64,000 bases of DNA from Dimorphilus gyrociliatus (Eukaryota; Animalia; Annelida), in assembly GCA_904063045.1 (NCBI GenBank), contig CAJFCJ010000005.1, positions 3,935,689 through 3,999,688 of the forward strand, in the 5' to 3' direction. Positions within the stretch are counted from its first letter, which is position 1; every line of letters starts with the position of its first letter. Below the pieces are notes generated by a model, which searched no databases, had not been told where the DNA came from, and was given only the letters and a program-made list of their open reading frames with translations. This document shows positions 40,037-50,759 of this stretch, one piece after another. A program made the position numbers and the translations under genes.

Positions 40037-40716
40037 ATGAGCTATAATTTTGATAAAAAACCTTCCTATCCTCCTTCTGATAGTCAGGCTCCTCCACCAT
40101 ATAATCCTTCCGCTCCAAATTATAATCAACAGTTTGTTAGTATCTAGTTTTAATTTTTTTTCACTAGAAAGTAGAAAATATTTTCTAAAAACTACAGCCT
40201 CAACAGCAGCCATATCCTCTGCCTCAACAGCAGCCAAATCAACAGCAGCCATATCCTCAGCCTCAACAGCAGCCAAATCAACAGCAGCCATATCCTCTGC
40301 TTCAACAGCAGCCAAATCAACAGCAGCAAGGGGGAAATTCAAGCATTGTCAATACCAGTATCCAAATTGGTGTTCCAAGCACTAATCCTAATCCTGGGCC
40401 AGTTTCGCCTATGCCAATTATAAGGCAAGAGAGACAACATATTAATGATCATCTTGTGAGTATACCATCTCTAAAGTAGTTAAAGCATATACACACGTAT
40501 GCTTTCCTCTTTCAGTGGCTGAGTGTAGTCTCGATATTATTCTTTTTCCCTTTTGGAATTGTGGCTCTGATATTTAGTCTTTCGTGTAGCACTACGAAAG
40601 CCACTAATCCTGAAGCAGCGTATAGTTCTTCTAAAACAGCTCTCGGTTTTAGTATACTTGCGTACATAGCTGGAGCTGTGTGGATTATAATTGTTATTGT
40701 GGCTGCTTATAATTAA
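40037..40716 (+). CDS. CD225/dispanin (PRRT1/IFITM-like) membrane protein with Pro/Gln/Tyr-rich N-terminus, 3 exons, ~185 aa (not in the ORF track)
   Basis: Exons 40037-40135, 40198-40455 and 40516-40716 are all phase 0. C-terminus DHLWLSVVSILFFFPFGIVALIFS...AAYSSSKTALGFSILAYIAG matches the dispanin pattern DxL..S...L....P.GI.A...S......A...S..A. Confidence 0.8.
40198..40325 (+). repeat. Coding minisatellite, ~3 x 39 bp, encoding PQQQPNQQQPYP(Q/L)
   Basis: Repeated cctcaacagcagccaaatcaacagcagccatatcctc(a/t)g units. Confidence 0.9.
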
Positions 40717-41031
40717 TTTAAAACTTTTCGTGTGTTTACCATGTGCACTTGTAGAAAATGGTAAAAGACGGAAGTAAATACCTATAGAAAAAGTGTAAAT
40801 GGAACTTGAATAACAAGAAAGAATGTTAAATCTTAAAAAAAAATCTTAACTGAGTAACAGCCTTCTGAAAAGAAGTTTTTAAAGAAAAGTTGTATTGGCT
40901 TTGTATACGAGATGTATATTTAGCTTCTACTTTCGTTCTCTGTTTGCGGCGAGTTTCAAGTTGTAAATGTCAAACTACATTTATTTATTGGATATTAATA
41001 AATAAGTTTTTAATAGAAATAATTAATCATT

Positions 41032-44000
41032 CTAATAGGATTTTGTATTTTGAATTAAAAAATAATTTTCTGTACAAGTCCTTTCGAATAATGCCATTTT
41101 CTTAGTTTCTTCTTCAGGTAAGGAACTCCTTAAATAAGTATTCTTCTTTTGTCTGCTTTTAGCTTTTAAATAACAGTTCTTAAGCAATCTCCAAATGTGA
41201 GTCAGTATGATAAACGGTGGTGCAAGGGTAGGCCTATCGAAATATTCTTGAATCAAATTATATCTATAATATTTCCAAACTTTCTCTGAGTTTTCTTGAA
41301 CTCTTTCAAAAGTATTTGCGAACATTGCAATCAACAGATTTAATAATAGAACGTTTGTGATAACCATATATATGGCAAATAGAACAACAGCCAAAACAGA
41401 TTTTTTAGGGCAAGGATTATCGCTACCAATAGTAGAATTACAATTATCTGAATTTCCTTCTACGTGGTCGAGAAATAAATCGCCATACATTTGCCAGTAC
41501 GGTATATAAATAACATTCTTCAATAAACTCCAACTAGCGGGCGTATTAGGGAAGAGAAGAGCATGACTCGCTACTCCATAAGTGACTATAAATACAAGTA
41601 ATATAGCAATAAAGAAAAGTAAATCAGTTAACATTCTTCTTATCATAATAACTTTAGGACCAATATTTTCAAAGGCATAGAATACATGCAAAAATCTAAG
41701 GTAGAATGTTACTAAAGATATACAGTAGAAACTTCTGACCCACATAAAATGACGAATTGGTAGAGTATTTCTTATAATAACTGATACCATAAAGAGAAAG
41801 TAAGCGAGTAAGTCAAATTTATTCCATACGTTTTCAACATGTTTCTTTAGTTTTTTACCTAAAGATGGTGAATTTGTTGTTGCTATCTATATTTTAAATA
41901 AATGAAACAAAATCAACTCTATTCAAAATCAATTCTTATATTATATTTACTTGTCGAATCTCTTCTATAAATAATGTTGTTGACCATATCCATATAATAA
42001 ATTCAAAAGAACTAGGCCTATTATCTTTTGTCCATGGGTGTAGATCAGTGAGTACGAAATATGAGAATACTCCCAAAAAGATTATATAGGAAATCTGTAA
42101 GAAAGTACTAGGATAGAGAAAAAGAAAGTGGTAAAAAGATATTACCGTATGGCACCAGAATTTTGAAATGGGAGCTGTATAAAAGTATCTTAGCCTACGG
42201 AAAATGCCAATATGATTGTCTGTTTTATCAAAAATACGTTTTAAGTTAAATCTTTTTCCAAATCTTCTAAATTGATGATATCTATCTTCATCATTGTCGC
42301 TGATCATATCATTATCCTCATCGTCGCTATTCTTTTCAAAGGTTATCTGTTGTTTGGATGCCGAAGAATTTGTAAATTTGATTGAACCTCTCTTCCGGAT
42401 TGAATCTTCACTATTGCGTTCTTTTGTAAATTTTATTAAATACGGTATGAGTATTGGTAGTAATATAGATAGGAAAATACTCCATTGACCAGTTTCCAAA
42501 GCTATTTCACCTTTCCATATTATATTTAATTTTGTTTGGCAACACGAATGACTTATCAGATCCATTGATTGGAGCGAATAGCCTAAAGAAAGTACTGTTG
42601 AATTGCCCCAATCTGCTAATTCTCTTATAAGGAGCTTATGAGCGTAATTTTTATTTCTCCTGAAACATTCGTTCACTATACCCACAGCTTTCGATTCCCA
42701 TTCGACTGCTTGATTACTAAAATCTTGTGCTAAATCGAATTCCTGCTGTTTACGAGCTTCATTAGATAAACCTTTCATAATTGATGCTGCCGTTAAAGCA
42801 GCTCCAATATGATCTCTCCCAAGCTTCCAAAATAGAAAAGCAGTATTCTGTTTATTAAACGCTAGAGACCATAAAAACAAATCTCTCTCGGGAAGTTCAA
42901 CGGTAATGTTTTCATTAGTGGATTCTTCAATACTAGAATTATCATTCAGTTTACTTGCTTTGTTTGTCATGTATCTTTTGCTACTGTAAATATTCTCCGA
43001 TTCCTTGACAAAAGAACAGAAAATCTTACCAATATAACTTAAGAGTAAATCTGGTAACTTTTGTTTTAATTGTTTTATCGCCTTCTTCTGTATAGCTTTC
43101 CTAAGTAGGTTACGTAATAACTTAGCATTTGTTTGTCTTGATTCATCTTGTAAACTATTCCAATAGAGGTCTTGTAGTTGATCAACTCTCAGAAAATGTC
43201 GTAAGTAAACACTATTCTCAAGAAAAATTTGAACGAATTTAGCTTTATCTTGCATTAAAGATCTGACAAGTGAATTATCTAGACCTGTCGATACCCAGAA
43301 TAGATTATTTCTTCTAGAAAATATTTTCGTTCTTGCAATGTCGTGTCTATTGCATTCGATAGCTAAAGTTAATTGGGATTCAGGATCGGATTTATTAGCT
43401 TCAAACGAAGATATAAATATAGCTTGGTCAATTCCCTTTATCTTATCATCATCGTCAATTAGAAAGATTGTAACAAACGATCTTTTGTTCAATATTATCT
43501 TTATGTAGCTAAGACATTTTGGAAATTTATGAGGGTTGTTTATGAAAGCTTCTCCAAAGTTATATTCAACTTCTTTACTAAATTCACTCTCAAAATCCGG
43601 AGGGTATACAGTTTTACTTTCATCGTCAGGTACCATTGTTTTCTGATAAGCGTATGATATTAAATCAGCTGCTTTTCCAGAACCTTTTATCACCAAAATT
43701 TTCTGATCACTTTCAACTGCGGATGCTGCATTTTGAATAGCGTTTAAGCTTCCTTCTACTATTAAAGAGATAACTGGTACCTTAAAATTTTGCCTAAAAC
43801 TAAATGAGTATTTCTTTTTCTCACTAATATATCGTTGAAGACGAAATCTAAAGGGAATTTCAGACCCGTAACCACTTCCTTGTTTGTTTTTAACTAATAT
43901 AAAATGTGTATGATTATGGTCAAGAGGTAATATACGATTTTCCTGTTCTTCATTATTATCAGAATTTTTATTACGTCTATAATTAACCAGAAAACTATCT

Positions 44001-44715
44001 TTTGCTGCATGTTCGTTGACAAGAGATTCTTTATTTTCAATAACATCCCATGGAGCTATACCTAATGCAACAATATTACGTTCCGAATGAGGACAGAGAA
44101 AATTATGTTCACCAACAGCTTCGCCAACAAGTTTTGTTACTCCCGAACCTAATCCACCAGTAATTATCCATGCTTCAGTTGAAGATGCAGCCTTTATAAG
44201 ATCTCTTTTGAAGAAATTTTTTAAGTTTGTTTCCATAAAAAAGTCCCTTACACCTCCAATAACAGAAATAATCAATTTTGGAGGTTTTAATTTCCAATCG
44301 TCTTCAAAGAGTTGAGTCATTAAATCTGCACCGCAACTTCCTGATACTCCAATGTAAGATGCAGGAGTAGTAGCATCTAGGCCATAGCCCCTGAATTTTA
44401 TTTTACCTTTACAGGTTACATATTCACTAATAGGACGTTCAACTTCTTCAGCAGTTTCTTCAGTTGATTGCGGTATCTCTTCCTATAAAATTTTAAATTA
44501 TTCAAAGTATAATACAGTAATTTTATTTTTACTTGAAAGTAAACTTTGATGGTTTAAAGCATTTTTACAATTAATAAACAAAGAAGCTTGGTTTTGAATA
44601 TAAAAATTGCATTGTATATATAAGTATATAACAAAAAATAAAGGAAAGCGATAAAAGAACACTGATAAACTTTTTTTACATTTGATTTTAACGAAATCTC
44701 TTCTGATGTTTTCAT
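41032..44715 (-). CDS. TRPM-family cation channel (TRPM2-like core) with very short C-terminus
   Basis: Probable exon 1 at 44715-44680, then a large exon from 44483. SLOG/MHR motifs PKLIISVIGG, AWIITGG, LDHNHTHFILV, LFLWSL and YTAPISKFWCH. TM region IGPKVIMIRRMLTDLLFF, pore PYWQMYGDLF, NVLLLNLLIAMF, TRP box WKYYRY and PTLAPPFII. Confidence 0.93.
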
Positions 44716-44828
44716 TTTGATTAAATGTTTGATAGATTTGTTGCAAGACGGGTAACCAAACTAAAAAAAAATACACTTTTATCTATTTACCAGGGAGAAA
44801 ATGTATAATGTTTATTCATGATTTTTTT

Positions 44829-44848
44829 CCACGTGACGTATCACGTGA
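44829..44848. promoter_or_regulatory. Tandem E-boxes CCACGTGAC / TCACGTGA between the divergent TRPM and RING genes
   Basis: ccacgtgacgtatcacgtga seen at 44829-44848. Confidence 0.45.
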
Positions 44849-45340
44849 GTTACTAAAAGAGAGATTCTCCGTAGTATTGAACATTGGAATGAATAAAGCA
44901 GCGATTATTTTAACAAAACTATTAAATAAATTGTATTAGTATTATGTTGAAAAGAGACTTACTTAAGCTAAAGTACATGAAGGTACCTGTCAAAATGACA
45001 CTATAGGTTGAAAACTAAATGCTGAGAGAGAGAGAGATTGTAAAAGCATACAGAGTGAATGTGTGAGAATGAAAGGCCAAAAAATATTTTCTGAAAGACA
45101 TAAATAACAATATATAAATGTAACCTTTCTTATTCTTCTTCTTCCCACACCTTCGAGTCTCCCTTCTAAGTTCTCTCTTATTCATCTTTTTTCTTTAAAC
45201 CATATTCAATCATATTAAAGCATTTCAATATTAACTCAAAGAAAAGGAATTTTATTTTCACTGTTAAATTACTACACATCAAATAAGATACGTTTTGATA
45301 GTAAGAGAATTACTTAAGCCAGCTATATCAACTTTTTAAT

Positions 45341-46945
45341 ATGGCGAAAAAATGGTTAAGAATTGAAGAAGATAATTTAAAGTGTGTTATTTGTCAAAAA
45401 TTAGGGATTGATAAGGATCCACGATTACTATCTTGCGGTGATACATTCTGTTCGAGTTGTTTACAGAATTTTGCTAATTCTAACGAATGCGATAATCTAT
45501 TTACCTGCCCAAAATGTAAAGAGGATATTAAATGGCCAGAAAATGGTATTGATGGTATTCCTAAAAATAATCTATTCCAGTATTTGGAACAAGTTGATTC
45601 CAAGACGGATTGGTCAGGATTTAAAAATGAGAGTAATATGATCAAGTTTTGGAATGAAAGCGAAGGTAACATTATTAAAGATGTTAAGAATGGTATAGAA
45701 GAATTGTCAGATAATATACATAATAAGGAACAAGAACTTTTAAAAAGTATTCAAGAAACGTACAAGTCATTCAAGAGGAAATGGCGTGAGAATCAGGCCT
45801 ATTTACACTCTCTTACATTGACCCCAATAGACTTTGAAGGTGACGGTGAGAAGCTCTTCGAAGAAGTTTTATGGAACAACTACAAACTAGAGCATACACA
45901 AATCACATTTACATACGAATTAAACCTTAATCCTAAGTTTTATTTACTAAGGTCAATGGAGGAGGGAACTCCTATGAATATAACGTCTTGTAACGAAACG
46001 AAAAGAGCTGTTGATCAAGATAATTGTATAATTTACGAAGATGATCTAATATACGAGAAGAATAAGAATGAATTATTTGAATATTCATGTAAAGAATCAG
46101 GTTCATCAATAACGAAAATTCCATTAAAGTCGTCAAATGCTCTATTCGCCGTTCATAAAGGGGTCATTTATCAAATATATTGGAGAGAAAGTGGAAAAAA
46201 TACATCTGTTAGGAAAGATAGCGGAATCGAAACTTCTAGATTTCAAAATCTCTTATCATCAGTTGCTCAAGACGCTAGTCAATTATTAAATAGAAAAAAT
46301 TCAAAGAAAGATGGCACCACTCAGAGTATTGGCGAACATACATCGTCCGATAGAATATCTATCGAGAAATATGTAAGGAAGGAATGGCGAAAAATTGGTG
46401 AAATTCAACAAGATCAATCAACCAATGGAAAATCTGCTCTATTCGCTATTGGTCCAAAAGTATTAATTGTAGTAGAAGCTGGTAAAGTTTATTGTTTTCC
46501 TATTGATAGTGATGATGGTGAGAGTAAAAAATGGGAAATTGCCATTAAACACAACTACGATAGGGTTATCTACATACAAATTATAGTTGATTGTATATAT
46601 TTGATTTTAGAGAAAGGAGAAGAGAATATAAAAGATAATTTCTTATTGAAATATTCAACTTCCGGTTGTCTTTTACTTATGCATAGACTAAAATTAGAAA
46701 ATTTCAATTATAGAAATTGTTTTATATTGCCAAGTGAGAATATTATATTATTAAAAGAGAAAACCGTAAAGATTATATCACCATTTGGAAAAGAGTTGGA
46801 TGAAAAACGTTTGGAAAATCTTACAGGTAAATTTGATAATCCAGTATGGTTAAAGGTTATATGGACATTAAAAGAAGTATATATTTATGGTGTTTTTAAA
46901 CATAATGATACCAGCTTTATAGGATTGATGAAGTTGTATGGTTAA
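45341..46945 (+). CDS. Intronless RING-finger/coiled-coil (TRIM-derived) protein, 534 aa
   Basis: CVIC...DPRLLSCGDTFCSSC...CPKC followed by the TRIM-typical I.WPENGIDGIPKNN, a coiled coil and a beta-rich C-terminal region. No B-box seen. Confidence 0.8.
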   Translation: MAKKWLRIEEDNLKCVICQKLGIDKDPRLLSCGDTFCSSCLQNFANSNECDNLFTCPKCKEDIKWPENGIDGIPKNNLFQYLEQVDSKTDWSGFKNESNMIKFWNESEGNIIKDVKNGIEELSDNIHNKEQELLKSIQETYKSFKRKWRENQAYLHSLTLTPIDFEGDGEKLFEEVLWNNYKLEHTQITFTYELNLNPKFYLLRSMEEGTPMNITSCNETKRAVDQDNCIIYEDDLIYEKNKNELFEYSCKESGSSITKIPLKSSNALFAVHKGVIYQIYWRESGKNTSVRKDSGIETSRFQNLLSSVAQDASQLLNRKNSKKDGTTQSIGEHTSSDRISIEKYVRKEWRKIGEIQQDQSTNGKSALFAIGPKVLIVVEAGKVYCFPIDSDDGESKKWEIAIKHNYDRVIYIQIIVDCIYLILEKGEENIKDNFLLKYSTSGCLLLMHRLKLENFNYRNCFILPSENIILLKEKTVKIISPFGKELDEKRLENLTGKFDNPVWLKVIWTLKEVYIYGVFKHNDTSFIGLMKLYG

Positions 46946-48372
46946 AGAAGAAGGAAAACGAACAATGTAATTGTATATCCTATGGATGAAATATCATTAT
47001 TTTTGGTGTTAAAAGATGCAGTAGAATACCAAAGCACAGTATATACTATCTAATATATAATATATAATATATAATACAACAATAGCTCTACTAATACATA
47101 TAGTATATTAATATTGATTGCTCAAAGAATTCTAAAAAGTAGCGTGGAAGTTTGACAAACAAAATTATAAATGTGACAACTCGTGAACAAAATCTCGCTT
47201 TTCTTCTTTCTTTATTGTTTTACAGTTAATATTCTACTTTTTATCATTAATATTACATAATAAAATAAGAATTTTATAATTGTTTTCATATGTATCCAAA
47301 ACATCTATTGATTTATATAATGTCGTTTCTCAAAAACGTTTCTGATATTGAATTTCCTTATTTATGCAAATAATTTAATAGATTCTCTTTCGAAAGATGA
47401 ATCTCTTTCTTTTTTAATTCATATGCAAATTAGTTTCTTTTAATTAATTTAGGCTTAAAGATTTTAAGATTATAATTAAAAATTCCCCTTTTCTTCTTCT
47501 TTTTAATTATATAGTCTTGTTTCGTTTCTTTCTATGTCAGCTGTTTATATTAATACTATATGCAGTATGTATATTGTATAAGTAGTTAATATCATAATAT
47601 TTGAGATTGTGTATCTATAAAGTATTTATCTTTGCACGTTAACTATTTCTTATTATTTCATATTATATTTAAAAATAGCTGAGTTGTTGTTTTTTTATTA
47701 TAAGATTAACAAGGAATAAGTTACCTTACTAAAGTGGTTTCTTTGTGTTACTTATCATAATTTCGCCCCTGAAATTAAAAGAGAGAAAGTTAACGAAACA
47801 GATATCAAACCAGGATTAAAAATATTTTTTAAATAACTCTAAGGTGTTTGTCTTATAACACGTTCGAGATAATCAATATAACGATTAATATGTACTCTAT
47901 TAAACATTCTTTGAAAGACATATGCTAACATTCAAGAACTCTTAGACTATTCTCATACCAATCCATAGTACAAATACAACATATAGGATATTGTTATTGA
48001 GGAATGAAAACATAAGATAGTTTGGTTTTTAATAAAAATATTAATTATTATTTCTTTCGAGTCGACTAAATAGATATTGTTTTAATTGATAAGAAAACTA
48101 TGAATATTTTACATATAAAATCCATAAATTACAATTTAATTGTCTTATCTTGAAGATGCATTAAAATATCTATAGATGCGATTATATCTTATTGTTTTAC
48201 ACAGGATTGATTATCAATGAAGTAACTTAATATATCCTTTCAAATATTCTTATCACATAAAAAAAGTAATATTGATTTATTCAATACGAATATTAAATAA
48301 TAGAGAGTTTCTCTATGCTTTTCTTCTTCTTTATTCTTATTAAAAAGATATATGTACAGTATACAGTATAGT

Positions 48373-49899
48373 CTATATGATTTCATGAACAACTACAGAT
48401 AAATTTGTTATATTTTTTGTATATAAAGTTCCATTACTTGTTAATTGTATTTCCCCTGGACTAAAGTTTAATTTCAAGTTATTCTGTTTCACCAGTTCAT
48501 TATCGAAAGCTTGAATTTGTGATTGTCCATTTTTAGTTAATAGGAAGCCTTCTCTTGGTAAATGTATTACTGAGTATACTTCGAAAGGTGAAGTTGACCA
48601 AGGTAGTATTCTGACTACACTTCCTGATTTCTTAGTATACATAACTAGACAGTTATTTCCTACACCAATAACATTTCCATCACTTAGTACGCAGGCTGTA
48701 AGAGTTAAATTTGCTTCACCCCAGCTTTGAGTTGTCCATTCCAATTTATCGTGGAAAATAAGGCTTACCGTTTGATTCTTCTTCTGAGGAGAAGATAAAA
48801 CGGCAATAGATACTTTTGCATCGTCCCTTACAAAGAGTCTCCATGCATTATCCACCTGGCATATTGAATTATACTTGATATTCATTGAATTTTTTAAATT
48901 AGACTTAAGTATACGTTTATTGCCTTCATCTATTGCGTAAATTGTATCATTTACTGTTATAGAAAAGTCGGTAATGAGCTTTGAGATGAACGTTTGTTTA
49001 CGTTGGCCATTCTTAAAGATTCTTATTAAGGAGCACGAATTTTTTGAATAAACAATTTGAACTAAACCATCATTCAAATATTTACAATGATTATACTCAG
49101 CAGATATTGATGCTATTTTACGAAATTTATGTATAGTTTCTAATGTAGGTTGACACCTTTTTATTTTTCGATCGTCGCCACTTTCGGGTTTTTTGGCGAG
49201 ATCAAAATTCAATGCTAGGAAAGACTGTTTAGTTGAGAAACCCTTTATAAAATTATCAGATTTTTTCTCCATTTCTTTCTCGTCAATATGATTGCTTTGA
49301 ATCTCTCTCCTTAATTTCTTAATCTCATTAATCTTGCGTGAATTATACTCTTCTATCTCGTCGTTAAGGTGTCCAACCTTCTCCTCTATCCTTTTATAGC
49401 AATCGTCTTCTGTTTCTTTTAATCTTTGGCGTAACAATTCCACTTCTTCTTCAATGCGTCGTTCGTAAATATCCAGTTTAAGAGAGTAGGCCTCAATAGC
49501 TTTTTTAGTTTCCATTTTATAGTGACTGGAAAAGACTATCCGACATTTGGGTGGTTTGTGTTTATCAAGACAATTCAAACATAAAATATCACTCTTACAA
49601 ACTGAGCAAATTATAGTGGGACTGATATGAGTTGTGTTGTGAATAGAGCACGCTGATTTATTGGTAGATTTTTCTGAATTGATTGTTGAAGAACGCCTGG
49701 GCAAGCCATAAATTCCTTTAGCAGACAGCCTTACTTTATTTTTACAAACTGGGCAACAAATTTCGTTATTCGATTGATCAGTATCCAGTTGATCGAGACA
49801 TTGCAGACAAAAATTGTGCTGACACGGTAAAATTCTAGGTTGTCTTTTATCCATAGATTGGGTACATATTCCACATAGCAGCTGTGTATTCGACTCCAT
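48373..49899 (-). CDS. Intronless TRIM-like protein (RING, B-box, coiled coil, divergent beta-propeller-like tail), 508 aa
   Basis: CGIC...PRILPCQHNFCLQC...CPVC. B-box-like CSIH...ICSVC...LCLNC..KH. Coiled coil, then beta-rich repeats such as FSITVNDTIYAIDEGNKRILK (NHL-like). Confidence 0.85.
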   Translation of the reverse strand: MESNTQLLCGICTQSMDKRQPRILPCQHNFCLQCLDQLDTDQSNNEICCPVCKNKVRLSAKGIYGLPRRSSTINSEKSTNKSACSIHNTTHISPTIICSVCKSDILCLNCLDKHKPPKCRIVFSSHYKMETKKAIEAYSLKLDIYERRIEEEVELLRQRLKETEDDCYKRIEEKVGHLNDEIEEYNSRKINEIKKLRREIQSNHIDEKEMEKKSDNFIKGFSTKQSFLALNFDLAKKPESGDDRKIKRCQPTLETIHKFRKIASISAEYNHCKYLNDGLVQIVYSKNSCSLIRIFKNGQRKQTFISKLITDFSITVNDTIYAIDEGNKRILKSNLKNSMNIKYNSICQVDNAWRLFVRDDAKVSIAVLSSPQKKNQTVSLIFHDKLEWTTQSWGEANLTLTACVLSDGNVIGVGNNCLVMYTKKSGSVVRILPWSTSPFEVYSVIHLPREGFLLTKNGQSQIQAFDNELVKQNNLKLNFSPGEIQLTSNGTLYTKNITNLSVVVHEII

Positions 49900-50759
49900 T
49901 TTTACCGCCTTTGATATCGAAAGTACAATATGATTTCTTTTCTCTCTATAGAAAAAACCAATCGAGTAGAGATAAATGTTGTTTATATGCTCATGGCCGA
50001 GTCATTATGCATAGAACTTTCGCAATTCATTATTGATTTTATATGCAGTCAGAAACTGGTAAAAGAACATACAAGCTTTTTTCTTGTTCTCAATCAATTG
50101 TAAAATAATTATTATTAACATAAATTATAACAAACATTCGAATCAATTTTTACCTATACATGACCTATATATACAGTATATATAACTATTTACATTTAAT
50201 TGATTACCTGTCCAAAATCAACTATACATATTGCTCTCAGTTAATGAAACTATATACGCTACTTAAAAACATTGTACTATTTAGCATATTTCTTTCGTGC
50301 CAATAGATTCTCTAGTTAATTAAACCTCTTTTTTGCATATGTATCAACAACAGCCTAAATGGAATCTATTACAAAAGCTATTTATTACATCTTGTTAGAA
50401 CTTATATTACCATTTCCTTATTATATTGTACCCTTTCACTAAGGATTGTTGTTATAAAAGTGAATACAATATGCACTTACTTATGTTGAATATTTTTATT
50501 ATATTAGATGGTAGAAACTTTAGAATTACATTTTCTAAATATACCTTTTTAAGTACACAGGTGAAATAATTTAATTAATTCTTTAATTTAAAATGGTTTA
50601 GGGATAATCTCCTGATTCCAAAGATTAGTATATCCTTTCATAAATTAATCTATTCCAAATGTTGGAATAAAATTAAAAAATGCTGAAATTACGTGTATAT
50701 AAACGGTTTTAAGAGGGCTAAATGATACAGTAACCATTTGCTACGAACCTGATAACACA

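Noticed and set aside
39947-40385. ORFs with AAVDLAAVEAEDM and STAAISSASTAAK repeats
   Set aside because: Antisense and alternate-frame readings of the dispanin Gln/Pro minisatellite; only the PQQQPY frame has matching splice sites and a domain.
41075-41090. Possible AAG|GACTTG GA donor that could extend TRPM
   Set aside because: It lacks +3A/+5G, would remove conserved-looking ENY residues, and no downstream coiled-coil exon was found.
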